A stretch of 64,000 nucleotides of DNA from Hypanus sabinus (GCF_030144855.1 NC_082714.1:93124001-93188000); one strand, 5' to 3'; shown: positions 27,615 to 40,362, numbered from the stretch's first letter. Numbers and translations are program-made. Notes: generated from the letters alone by a model not told the origin.

Positions 27615-29760
27615 AATAGAACCATAGAACATTACAGCACAGAAACAGGCACTTCGGTCCTTCTTGGCTGTGTCGAACCATTTTTCTGCGTCGTCCCACT
27701 GACCTGCACCTGGACCATATCCCTCCATACCACTCTCATCCATGTACCTGTGCAAGATTTCCTTAAATGTTAAAAAGTCAGCCCGCATTTACCACTTCAC
27801 CTGGCAGCTCATTCCACACTCCCACCACTCTCCGTGTGAAGAACCCCCCACCAATGTTCACTTTCAACGTTTCCGCTTTATATTTAACTCATGTCCTCTG
27901 TTTTTATTCTCCCATAACCTCAGTGGAAAAAGCCTGCTTGCATTCACTCTATCTCTTCCCATCATAACCTTATATATCTCCATCATATCTCCCCTGATTC
28001 TATTACGCTCCAGGGAATAAAGTTCTAACCTATTCAACCTTTCTCTGGAACTCATTTTCTCAAGTCCCGGCAACAGCCTTGTAAACCTTCACTGCAGTCT
28101 TTCAACCTTACTAATATCCTTCCTGTAATTCGGTGACCAAAACAGCACACAATACTCTAAATTCGGCCTCACCAATGCCTTGTACAACCTCACCATAACA
28201 TTCCAACTCTAAAACTCAATACTTTGATTCATAAAGGCCAATGCACCAAAAGCTATCTTTACGACCCTATCAAACTGTGATATCACTTTTAGGGAATGAT
28301 GTATCTGAATTCTCATATCCCTCCGTTCTACTGCACTCCTCAGAGTCCTACCATTTACCTTGTATGTTCTACCTTGGTTTGTCCTTTCAAAGTGCAATAC
28401 CTCACACCTGTCTGCATTAAACTCCATCTGCTATTTTTAGCCCATTTTCCCAGCTAATCCAAATCCCCCTGCAAGGTTTGAAAACCTTCCTCACTGCCCA
28501 CTACATCTCCAATCTTTGTATCATCAGCAAATTTGCTGATCTAATTTACCACATTATCACCCAGATTACTGATATAGATGACAAATAATAATGGACCCAG
28601 CACTGATCCATGTGGAATACCACTAGTCACAGGCCTCCACTCAGAGAAGCAACCCTCCACTACCACTCTCTGGCTTCTCCTATTGAGCCAATGTCCAATC
28701 CAATTTACTACCTCACCATGTATACCTAGAGACTGAATCTTCCTAACTAACTTGTCAAAGGCCTTACTGAAGTCCATGTAGACAACATTCACTGCCTTCC
28801 CTTCATCCACTTTCCTGATAACCTCCTCGAAAAACTCTAATAGATTGTTTACACATGACCTACCACGCACAAAGCCATGTTGACTCTCCCTAATAAGTCA
28901 CTGTCTATCCAAATACTTGGAGATCCTGTCTCTTAGTACTCCTTCCAATAATTTACCTACTACTGACATCAAACGTATCGGCCTATAATTTCCTGGATTA
29001 CTTTCGAGCCTTTTTCAAGCAACGGAACAGCATGAGCTATCCTCCAATCCTCCGGCACCTCACCCGTAGATACTGCCATTTTAAATATATACGCCTGGAC
29101 CCCTGTAATCTCAACACTAGTCTCTTATAAGGTCCGAGGGAATACCCTGAAAAATCCTAGGGATTTATCTAATCTGATTTGCCTTAGGATAGCAAGCCCC
29201 TCCTCGTCTTCAATCTGTATAGGTTCCATGACCTCACTACCTTATTTCCATTGACACCATGCCAGTTTCCTTTGTAAATACAGACAGAAAAAACATTTAA
29301 GAGCTCCTCGATTTCTTTTGATTCGTACATAGCCGACAACTCTTATCTTCAAGAGGACCAATTTTATCCCTTACTATGCTTTTGCTCTTAATATACTTGT
29401 AGAAGCTCTTAGGATTATCCTTCCCCTTGACTGTCAAAGTAACCTCATGTCTTCTTTTAGCCTTCCTGATTTCTTTCTTAAGTATTGTTTTCACTTTTTA
29501 TGCTCCTCAGGCATCTTATTTGCTCCCTGTTTCCTATACATGTCATACTACTCTCTCTTCTACGTTATCAATAGCCCCAATAGCCCTGGAGAACCAAGGT
29601 TCCTTATTCTTATTCACTTTGCCTTTAATCCTGACAGGAACATAGAAATTCTCCTCTCTCAAAATTTCTCCTTTGAAGGCCTCCCACTTACTAATCACAT
29701 CCTTGCCAGAGAACTAACCTGTCCGAATCCACACACTTTAGATCCTTTCTCATTTCTTCA
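27615..29760 (-). mobile_element. CR1 ORF2/3' portion
   Basis: ORFs 28541-28870 (SCVNNLLEFFE..SGIPHGSVLGP), 28209-28427, 27864-28073 and 29297-29494. (ttctatgg) tail near 27620. Confidence 0.88.
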
Positions 29761-30227
29761 AAAATCCCAGCCTGACACTGGGATGGTAGTCCTTTGTACT
29801 CAACCGCATCAATCTGCGGATATGTAGTATTCATACAGTTATCACCACCTGACGCTACCTCACGATTTTGCTCTCTTTCTGCAGCAGGGACTATATCTAT
29901 ATAAAAAAGTTTATTTTTAAATATTGTTATCGTAATTTATAGAATTTAAAGTTTCACGACAGGTGTTAGTGATTTTAAACTTGATTCTGATTCTAGTTAT
30001 CCACCCATCCGTCCTTGTCTCCCCCTCCATCTCTTTTGATACGTCGGTGGGTATTTAACTCTTTCATGACTATTTATAAATCAATTTCTGGATCTGGTGG
30101 CACTACGATCTGCTCCCAACCTCTTACCGTGCGAAATCCCTTTGTGAATATATCGTTGGAGTCGGAGATTATGAGATAGAAATGTTGGAACATTTAATAA
30201 AAAAGGAACGCTTCTTTTCTCTTGCAG

Positions 30228-30340
30228 ATGTCCCATCCACGCATGTTTGCCTTTTACTGTATCATGTTGGCTTTTCTGTAGCGATTATCTTTCTGCTCAC
30301 GGATATATTCGCCTTGGGCCGGAGCTACAGGAACCGGTAG
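30228..30340 (+). pseudogene. TM exon of the third gene, or an alternative TM exon (DVPSTHVCLLLYHVGFSVAIIFLLTDIFALGRSYRNR*)
   Basis: Strong acceptor cttcttttctcttgcag|, phase 1. Juxtamembrane Cys, hydrophobic span with His and Asp, basic tail, TAG at 30338. Confidence 0.65.
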
Positions 30341-30445
30341 TCAGGTTCCAAATTCGTTCTAACTCCACAGGATTGTTTTTATTGCCTTTGTTGTCTGGTT
30401 CTGGGTTTAACGCCATTGTTTACATTAAATCTCTTTCCATCTCAG

Positions 30446-30477
30446 GAAACAAGAGCGGCCGGATGAACTTTGCAGAA
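30446..30477 (+). pseudogene. Short cytoplasmic exon candidate of the third gene (GNKSGRMNFAE)
   Basis: Acceptor tctctttccatctcag| and donor GAA|GTGAGA, phase 1 to 0, about 100 nt after the TM exon. This is the same layout as gene A exon 5. Confidence 0.45.
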
Positions 30478-33400
30478 GTGAGAGCACTCGCGGCAGGAAA
30501 TGAAGTAGGAATAAATCCTTTTTGTTTTATTTAGAGAATATAGAACAGCTCAGTACAGCAGAGAAACAGACTATCCCCGCCATAATGTTTTGCCGAGCTA
30601 ATGGAAATCTACTAAACTAATTCATTCAGATTGTACAAGTGTACATTCCTCGTCCGTGTGACTGTCTATTATAAGAAGCTATAAAACATTCCAAATTTGA
30701 CCCCGTGGTCTCGTTTTATTTTTCCTTTCCTTGGAAAAGTCATGACATTCCACTTTATCACTCAGGACTTTATAAACATCCGCAGAGTGGCCCCTGAGCC
30801 TCCATCGCTTCAGGGAAAGCAATTCCAGAATTCTCGGTATTTTCTTTTAACTCAAGCCCGTCAGTCTCCAGATATATTCTGATGAATCTTTTATGGACTC
30901 CCTCCAATGAATAAGCAGTTTATTTCTATGGTATGGCAACCAGAAATTAACCAATATTCCAGATGCGGTCCCCTCACTACCTCGTTCTCCATGCCCCGTC
31001 TTTATTCACCATCTGCTGGTATCTCACTGTCGGGCTGTCAAACTTTAATAACTTCTATAGATGCAAGCGGGACAATATTCTGATTAGTTCTATCACTGCG
31101 TCGCATGGAAACACCAATACTCTTGAACAGAAAAGCCTGGAAAAATTAATGTGTACATCCCAGTACATTACAGGAAACGCTTCCCCACTGAACGCAGGAG
31201 GGCGGTTGCACGAAAACAGCACTCATCATGAACAACCCTACCACCCAGGCCATGCTTTCCTCTGGCTTTGGATTGAGGTACAGAACTCTCGGGTCCCGCA
31301 CCTCCAGGTCCATGAACAACTCTTTCCGCTCAACCATTTGAGTCCTGAATCCATGTTCTAAGCTGATTCCCCCACCTATGGACTCACCTTCAAGGACTCT
31401 ACAACTCAGTTTTTCAAAATTATTGACATACCTGTTTACTTTTCCTTTTGTGTGGCGCAGTAGGTTTTCTTTTGCACATTGGTTGTTTGCCCGTCTTTGT
31501 CTGTGTGCAGTTTTAGATTGATTCTATTGTGTTTCCATTACATACTGTGAATACCCGGATGAAAATCAACCTCAGGGCGGTATATAGTAACACGTCTGTG
31601 CTTTGTTAATAAATTTACTTTGAACTTTGCATTTAGAACTGTGTTGACACATATATAGAATTATGGCTTGTGCTCCAATGTCTATTTTACAACCGCCAAC
31701 TTCAACCCCGGGCCGGGTTATATACTATGTAATTCCTGCACTGGCTTTATTTAGAACAAAGAAGCGAGTACGACAAATCATTGTGGACACAACTCACCAA
31801 GAGAACTGACTTTGAAAATGCTCCTCCTGGAAAGCGCTACATGGCTATTAAAACAAAAACCTCACATTAGCTTAAAAGTCTCTCCCACCCAGGTATTTAA
31901 TCCAGTAAACCATTCTAATTAGCTCCGCCCCCTCTATCTATTACCGCCATCAAGCACTGCAGCCCTTTAAACAACTATTTTTAATGCCGTTTGTATCGTA
32001 TTTTGTGCTAAAATATTGGGAGACCCATATCGCTGTGTGCCTCAGAAATCTTCCGTGTTTCATCTTGCACCTCACTTCCTTCAATGTTACATTTTCTACC
32101 TGAATGACCAATTTCGCATTTACCCGAGCTGCACTGCATTTGTTCGTTATCTATCAATTTGATTAAACTACCATTAACAGTCTTGGCCTCTTTATGACCC
32201 TTTCAGAACTGAGTTTTCTAACTGTCTTCGTGTCCTGAAGAAGTTGTGAAGCACTTGCCTACGTCCTTTACATTAATCGTATCAAGATGATGTTTCAACA
32301 CTAGTCGCAATGGTACCATATTTGCTACGTTTATTATTTTGAACTAAATCCAAAGTGTGTCTGCTTCACAACATCCACAACTTAATTCACTCCAATTTAA
32401 AAGACCATGACCATCATCCCCTGTGAATACAACAGCTCTTTTAGAACAGGGAAGAGGATGAATTTCTTTATCCAGGGTGGAGAGCATGATAGGTTCTTGA
32501 TTAAGAAAGGTTTCAAAGCTTACGGGGAGAAGGTGTGAGAATATATTTGAAAGGGATAATAAATTAGCCATGATGGAATGGCGGAGAAGACTTAATGAGC
32601 CGAACGACCTAATTCTGCTCCTATTTCTTATGATCTTATGGTATTATCCTTGCTTCTTCACCTCACTCACCAATCCCGATTCGGAAGAGCTCTTGCAGTA
32701 TCTTTTCACCACCTAAGTGAATCAGAATTTATTACTACTGTGGAAGAACGTTGATGGGACGAACGGTCTCCTTTTGTCCCGTGACATTCTTACGATGCTC
32801 TTCGTTGTCTCTCAGAATCTACCTACGCTGATTGATTTTTAACGTGGGCTCTATAATGAGAGGGCAGGTGGAAGAGAAGATTTCGCTATGCGGATTCGAC
32901 ATGTTGCAGGTCTGCAGTGGTAAGAGCTGTCAGTGACGGTTCCAGTCATCGGGCGATGGTCTTCTGAGGGCTTCCGGAAGTCATGCCCAAGAAGGTGGCA
33001 ATCCGTTACAGATGAGATTTATGTCTTTCCTGGAGTCTACGAAATTACGTCAGCTAAACAATGGTAAGTAATTTCAAAATACCGAGTTGAAAACCTGGGA
33101 GCACCAACTCGTGACACTGAAGCGATTTCTCCTACGCTTTTACAAATCACATTCCAAGAGTAATGTTCAATCCTATTTTACAGAAGCCAATTATTATGTT
33201 TTGCTGTTTTTTTTATCTTGATTTATCTCTTGTGGTTAACAGGGTTTTGTTTTTCTTGAACTGACACATTTCATTTCACTTTGTACCTACGTAGGAAAAG
33301 TTAGTTTGATCTAATTCAAGATTGTATCACTTACAACGTGCAATAAAACAGATTAGATAAGGAGAACGCTGTGCAGTTTTGATTCCATGCATTGCGGTCA

Positions 33401-35239
33401 AGAAATGCAGAAGAGGCTTGACCCAAAGCAGAACCACGGAGACGATTCAGTGGTGAATAATAACTTTAAAAAAAGTCCACAAAATAACAAGCCACAAAGA
33501 ACCACAGCACCACAGTAAGCAGAAACTAAACAAAACAGGGAACAAAATATACTTTAGCTAGGGAGAGTAAAAGCTAGGAGCAACTGGATGAGTTTGGTTG
33601 GTTCGATAAGTGAACAAGGACTGTGGATGAGAACTGGGGTTAAATAGGCTGCAGGTGAGGAGTCTCGAAAGAGCATCAGGTGAATCCAAATAGCTGAGTG
33701 GAAACTGGGAGGTACTTGCATGTGAAAGTTGAAAGGTGTCAGTGTCCGCCGGTACATAATATCCTGTAAACCCACTTTCCCAGTTCATGCTTTACGCTCT
33801 TTATCCAGAATTAATCTTTTGGCGTAAAGTTCCCGGAATTACGATATGGACTGACGTGTCTTTTCACTCATGATTGTATAAGGCTACGTAGCTTCAATCG
33901 GTAAGGCCACTACAACTGACATACCATCTTCTCATTGTTATCATCAAGGAGAAGTTACAAGTGCCTGAAGACACGCACACCATTTCTGGAACAGACTCCT
34001 CTCCTCCACTATCAGATTTCTGAATGGACAATGAACACATTACACTACCTCAGAATTTTTCCTGTTTTTATACAAATTATTTTATTTATTTTTTATATCT
34101 GCTTCTTATTGCAATATTTAGTTTTTATTATTATGTATTTCAAATTTCTTCTGCAACAAATCAACGAATTTCACGAAATATGTAAGTGATATTAAACCTG
34201 ATTATAATTCTGAATCTCAGGACTGGGTCAATTCAGGTTGCTGAGTGACCTCCAATGTGCGGAGGTCAGAGGATCCGACAACGAGGAGAGTAAAGCGGGG
34301 CTGGGGTGGCGGGAGGTAAGGGGAGAATGGGCGAGGGGACGGAGTGTCAGAAACCACCACTATTAATAGATTCACGGCTTTGGTTTGCTCTCCAATTTTG
34401 GTGGGGACTTTCTCTGCTTAAGAAGGCATCGAGTCAAATACATAGACAATGAAACATTCGGGAAGAATCAGACGAAACACAGCTTTGATTGCCGTTAGTA
34501 GACGCACTGCTTTAGATCTAAAAATATTTGCCACTCTTTTGATAAGTGTGGGATGATTTAGCTCAAGTTCAACGTACTGTCATTCATCCGTGCACATGTA
34601 TGCAGCCAAATGAAAAGTCGCTTCGTCCGGAGAAGGCGTACAACACAGGACATATACCTCCCACACAACACAGAAAATAATATTACCACAAATAAAAATA
34701 AGTTCCAGTAGACTGACATTTAGCCAATCTTCACTTCATCAGCCCAAATGCTTTGCGATGTAGTTTCCCTTCAGCCGAGGCTCAGTGAGGTTCTGATGAG
34801 ACAAGGGTATCATGTATGAACCAGAAGATGGAGTCATTGGAAATTCATATTGGTTGAGCCGTTTTCTCTAGATGGATCTAAGTTATAAGATCGGCGTGAG
34901 AAGGCCATTCAGACTGATTCGTCTACCGACAGTTAATAAAAAGAGTTCAGCATCAGATTTTATCGAAACAATTTTTCGATGTTCTTTGCCGTTTCTTCTA
35001 GAGAATTTTACATTTCTTCTGGACTTTGATACAAAGAATGCATAACGTCACTACTAAACCCTGACCCTGTATCCTCCTGTTCGAGGCACCCTGACATCTG
35101 CCACTGACATCTTAAAAACTAATCATATCACTCTTTATTCTTCTAAGACCATGGCTGGTCCTTCCACCACCCTCCCACCCCCTAATTCTACTCCCTGACC
35201 TACTCCCCGTAACCTTCGATGCCACGGCCGAACAAGAAC

Positions 35240-36320
35240 CTATTAATCTCCGCCCTAAATACACCCAACGACATGACCATAGCCGTCCGTGTTAACAAAT
35301 TCCGCAAATACAGCGCCCCTGGCTAAAGAAATTCTCCGCATCTCTTTTAAATGGACGCTTCTCTATCCTGAGGCTGTGCCCTCTTGTCCTAGGCTCCCTC
35401 ACCAAGGCAAACATCCTTCCCACATCTACCATGTCTAGGCCTTTCAACATTCAAAAGGCTTTAATGAGATCCCCTCCACTCATCCTTCTAAATCCAGCGA
35501 GTACGGGTCCAGAGCCATCAAACGTTCCTCATCCGAGAACCCTTTCATTCACGGAATCATCTTTCTGAGCCTCCTATGAACCCTCTCCATTGCCATCACA
35601 TCCTTTCTTAGATAAGGAGCCCAAAACTGTTCACAATATTCAAGATTAGACCTCACCTGTGCCTTTTCAGGCCTCAGCATAACATCTCTGCAAAGTTATT
35701 TCCAAAATATTAAAGGGAACCGGAAGATCAGACTGAAACTTTAAACCCATTTGAGGAATGTTTCTTGTAAAGCATCTCAGGTAGTCTTTGGTCAGATTAC
35801 ACTTGGTGTATTGTGAGTAGTTTCGGGCCCCGTATCTAGGAAAGAATGTGCTGACGTTGGAGAGGATCCAGAGAAAAGTTGACGAGAATGATCCCGGGAA
35901 TGAAATGGTGAACGTATGAGGATCGTTTGATGGCCGGAGTTTAGGAGAATTAAGTGGGGTGGGGGATCTCAGTGAAATATACGGAACAATGCATGGTCCA
36001 GACAGACTGGACGTGCAGTTGATGTTTTCTATAGTGGGAAAGTCTAAGGCCAAAGGCACAGCCTCGGAATAGAGGGACGTCCCGTTAGAATAGAAATGAT
36101 GAGAGGGTGGTGAATCTGTGGAATTCATTGCCACGGAAGATTGTGGAGGCATATTTAAAGCGGTGGTTTACTGGTTGTTAATTAGTAAGGGGATAAAAGT
36201 TCACGGGGAGAATGTAGAAGAATGGCGCTTTGAGGGGGATAATACATTGGTCATAATGGAATAGCGGAGCAAGCTCGCTGGACTGAATGGCCTAATTCTG
36301 TTCCTATGTCATATGCTCTT
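35240..36320. mobile_element. Two head-to-head CR1 3' fragments (- then +)
   Basis: CR1 C-terminal and 3'UTR sequence in both orientations, switching near 35700. Confidence 0.6.
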
Positions 36321-36654
36321 ACGGTTTTTGGTTTAAAACCACACTGTTTTCCCTCTCAGGCCAAAGACCTCTTGGTCAATGCGCGTGTTTAACTTCTCCA
36401 ACTGCCTTGGTTGTTGTCCAAACAGCGGATTGAAGAGTCAAAATTGTTTACTGTCATTCTTCATCTGTATCGAACAAAAATGATTGTTACTTCGATCCAT
36501 CGCAGCATAAAAGCACAATGGAAACACAAAGAAGTAGAAGAAATTGAAAGTGAATTCTATAAGACGCAATGTACAATAACTGAGCTGCAGCGTGAGTTGA
36601 AACCAGAGGCGGAATAACCCCGAAAGTGACCATTGATTAATGCAATACAGTTTT

Positions 36655-36660
36655 TTTATT
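36655..36660 (-). terminator. Candidate polyadenylation signal of gene B
   Basis: TTTATT on + (AATAAA on -) about 270 nt downstream of the proposed stop. Confidence 0.35.
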
Positions 36661-36928
36661 ATGTTAAAATATATTTAATTTATACAAAGGAAAATTCAAA
36701 ATGATAACACAGAGGAAAACTTTGAGATGAGACACGCAAACTATGCAAAAAGACTCTTCTTCGCTTAAGGTTTAGAATCACGACATGAATGTTAGTCCAA
36801 CATTCTATTTACGTATCAAATGAACCCGCACAAATCTTGTCAATCAAGCAGCGTCAGATGATTCGTTCAGTAGGTTTTAGTGTGACTCCAGGTTCAGTCC
36901 ATTTCTGCGCAGCCCTTCAACCAGATTC

Positions 36929-36991
36929 TCATCTGCGGGGAGAGGATGATGCAGCGAACTCGAGAGAGGCGTAAAGGATCGGCGCTTGTGA
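36929..36991 (-). CDS. Gene B terminal exon with ITIM (SQAPILYASLEFAASSSPRR*)
   Basis: Acceptor ttttctatacattccag|. The phase-0 frame gives I-L-Y-A-S-L, mirroring the phase-0 tyrosine-bearing last exon of gene A. It needs an intervening phase 1-to-0 exon that is not securely found. Confidence 0.65.
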   Translation of the reverse strand, partial: SQAPILYASLEFAASSSPRR

Positions 36992-37924
36992 CTGGAATGT
37001 ATAGAAAACATTAGCAATCAAAGATATCGCACAGCATGATCTACCATTTTTCAACAGTAACGACTATAACAAACTTCCTCTGCGAGATAACCCCTTAAGT
37101 AACTGTAGCAGATTAATAAAGTATGACTTCCGCTTCGTAATTCCCCGTTGACTCCGTTCAAACCCATCATTATTTTGTGCACAATCCGAAACATCAAATT
37201 TATGTATTTAAGAGTCTACTAGACAGGTATATGGGGGAATTTAAAGTGCAGGGTTATATGTGAGACAGGGTTTGAGGGTCTGCACGACATTGTGGGCCGA
37301 AGGGCCTGTAATGTGCTGTACTATTCTATGTTCTATGTTCAACGTTCTATGTATCTTTCAACGGGTTGCAGTCCCCATACGTACCTGAGCCACAGTGTCG
37401 TGTACTTGGTGCGTCGCCAATTGACGATGTGTCCCTGTGTAATGAAAGAACATGAATTGGAACAATTATTTGGTCTGGACAACGTATAATTACTTGCAGA
37501 AATGTCATATGCCAGCAATCCAAGCATGACAGTAGTCCCTAATATATCAGCTGTCGGTCTATGCTAATTATTTCAAATTCACTAAAGCTTCTCAAATGCA
37601 TCGCGACTTTCTTACTCATTTCCAAATATAACAATAACTCCCCAACACGAAAATATTTCTCAGATACACAAACCGCTCCGTCATGGAATCCCATGTGCCA
37701 AGCTGATGCTATACCTGCAAACTAGCGGAGGGAAAGAGGGTCTTAAACCTCCTTTGGTTGAGACGTATCTCCACCCCTCCACACAAAGTAAAAATATAAC
37801 AATAGGAATAAACATTTTCACTGTACCATATTAACGTATTTATTTGATATAATATCTTGGTCTGAAACCGATCTGGAAATTTTACAAGGAAAAATAAGAA
37901 GAAATGACAATGATTATAAAACAC

Positions 37925-38800
37925 CTTGTTAGCTTGAACGTACTTAGATTAATACTACCTAGGACAGAATGAGGAAGAGGAATAACAGATATTAAAAATC
38001 TAAACAACAGTTAGATAAAACTTTTAAGGATATATTTTTGTCAGCGAAAACAGGTTTCAGTATCCACACTAGCATATACAATACTGATAAGAGATATTGG
38101 GTGCATTACTAAACTTCAATGAAAGCACAATTCAGGAAAATGAAGAAATTATCATCAAAGAAAAAAAAGGGAACCAATGGAAGAGCATAACCCTCCATGG
38201 AAGACTTCCCATGATTGGAGCAGATTAGATGTTGACAAGGAAATGTCGAATGCCTGACTCAGAGATGAAACATTCTTCCTTGTTGAAGATAGTTGAAGAC
38301 AGGACCAGGTGGGTAACACAAATCATCAAAAATATACAATAAAAGGCCAAGAAATTCAAGACGATAAATTCATAAAATGCCCGGAAAAAACGGAAACAAT
38401 CCAAAATATTAGAGGATACTGCAGCAATTTAATTCAATCTGATTACTTACCCAGGCACAAATCATAAAATCCAAACTCATAATAGACACTATACCATACT
38501 CTAAATATAAGCCTAATTCAGTTTTAGAGTCAGTGTCCGACAAATTATATTATGACCGATTCATTATTAGGGATAGGGCGATTTATAATAGCTAACTGGA
38601 TTTTATATTACAGGAAAGAACAAGAAAGAACAACGTACTTAATAAACATAGCCATTCCAAACACACGTAATACAGAGAAATCACAAAGTGAAAATCACCA
38701 GATATGTGCGGAATTAAAAGAGGAAATTGAAAGTGTATAGAACATGAACAGAGTATACGTCGTCCTAAAAGTGATATCTACAACTTGTATTTCCCCAAAG
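37925..38800 (+). mobile_element. R4/Dong-like non-LTR retrotransposon 3' fragment (REL endonuclease) inside gene B
   Basis: LPRTE-GRGITDIKNL, TIPYSKYKPNSVLES..LYYDR and TYLINIAIPNT..ELKEEIE motifs, interrupted by stops. Confidence 0.65.
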
Positions 38801-39204
38801 ACTCTACACGGTCGGATTTAACTTTTAGGTCTGCACAGCAATATTTCTATAAACCTTCAGAGAGCGACAATAATAAACACCTATACAATAGTACAAATTT
38901 CCTACCAATTGAGGCAATGATTGGCTATGTCCATACCTCTGGTTTTCCCAGATTGATCCCGGGAAAAAAATTAAAATTCAGAAAGAATAATAATATGAGA
39001 AACATACACAAAGACACCAGTGATGGCAGGATTGAGACCTCAGATCACTCCCTTCTGAGATTTCAGTCCAACTCTCTGCCACAACTCCTCTGCGCCTCCT
39101 CCCTTCTAAACCCATTGGCAGCATTTATCACACAGAACCTTGAAACAGGGACCGCGGTATCTGTTAGTAGTTAATGGATATTTCTGGGGAAAGCCAAACC
39201 TCAC

Positions 39205-39294
39205 CTGATCTACGCTCTTTAGAGATCCGAATAATAATTAGGATAACCAGGAAGACAAGGATCCCAAGGAGGATCGCTGTAGGACGACACCAAC
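39205..39294 (-). CDS. Gene B exon 4: transmembrane exon (GWCRPTAILLGILVFLVILIIIRISKERRS)
   Basis: Acceptor ttctctttctctag| and donor TCAG|GTGAGG, 90 nt, phase 1-1, with a strongly hydrophobic span. Confidence 0.87.
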
Positions 39295-40041
39295 CTAGAG
39301 AAAGAGAATTGTTGTTTGGTGAAATCATGGTTTCCAAGAACACTTTATTCGAGCTTTCATTTGGTTGTACTAGGAATGAGTTTACATCAGTAGATGCTAT
39401 TTTAATTATTTATTTGTAAGTCTCTACTGTAATAAGTTTAGGAAGTTTTTGATTTCTGTTGCATGTCGTGTCCTGACCAGAACACTACAGCAAATTCCGA
39501 ATATGTGTAAAAGTAAATGGCGAATAAGTTCGACCTTTGATTCTCAACCTATAACGTACGACCAGAAACCCATGGCAACGTTAACCAAAGAACGACTCAA
39601 AGAATGAAATAACGCTTGAGGCCATACAGCTCCTCAGACCGTTTCTTCGCGTTGCCTCGCAGCCACCTTGACCCTTACAATCATTTCCCCAGTTTACTAT
39701 CCCAACGTGGAAAGACAGCGCCTTTCTTCCATTATTGCAGTGTCTAATTCCTGGAAGCCTCTTCTAACCCTGCTGTGAGATCATCACGGACATCAAAGAG
39801 TTAAGAAGGAGGTTCACCTCCAGCTGTTCAAAGGCCAGCCAATGGTGGAGATAAGCAGATTGTTAAAAACGACTAAATACAAATTAATATTGACCGTGAC
39901 ATTATTGAACCAGCGAGTTATTCCAGCAGAGATAAGACCATAAAACATTGGAGTAAAATTAGGCTGTTCGGCCCATCGAGTCTGTTCCGCCGTTCCACCA
40001 CAGATGAGTATCAATACTTCATGTACAAAACATAACCTCAC

Positions 40042-40362
40042 CTTGATCTGGTTCAATGGTGATATGGGACACGCTCTTGATTATCTTCTTTCCCGCACCA
40101 CCGAGCTGTGCGATACAGGTACAGACTCCGCCGCTCCTCCAGGTTTCCACTGGGACTGGCATCTGACTTCTAACACTATAACTCAGGTCAAGGTCAAGCG
40201 TGCCGGTATCGCTCCATCCTTCCATGATCTCTCCGGAAATGTTCCAGTAAATGACAATCTGGATGGAAGAAAGGCCGCTGACCAGACACACCAGGGGAAC
40301 CGACCCGTTCCTCTCAGACAGTGGGACAAATACCAGGATGTAGGTCCGGTTGGTGGAGCTGT
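40042..40362 (-). CDS. Gene B exon 3: C1-set Ig constant domain
   Basis: Acceptor tctctgtccag| after an 83-nt intron; donor CAAG|GTGAGG. Translation DSSTNRTYILVFVP..VPLVCLVSG..IYWNISG..YSVRS..ETWRSGGVCTC..KSVSHITIEPDQ. Confidence 0.9.

Noticed and set aside
33400-33525. Hydrophobic minus-strand stretch as TM exon of gene B
   Set aside because: Low-complexity T/G-rich sequence; a much better TM exon exists at 39205-39294.
37616-37714. Open 99-nt minus-strand exon candidate in gene B
   Set aside because: Phase 1-1, so it cannot restore the ITIM frame, and its translation is uninformative.
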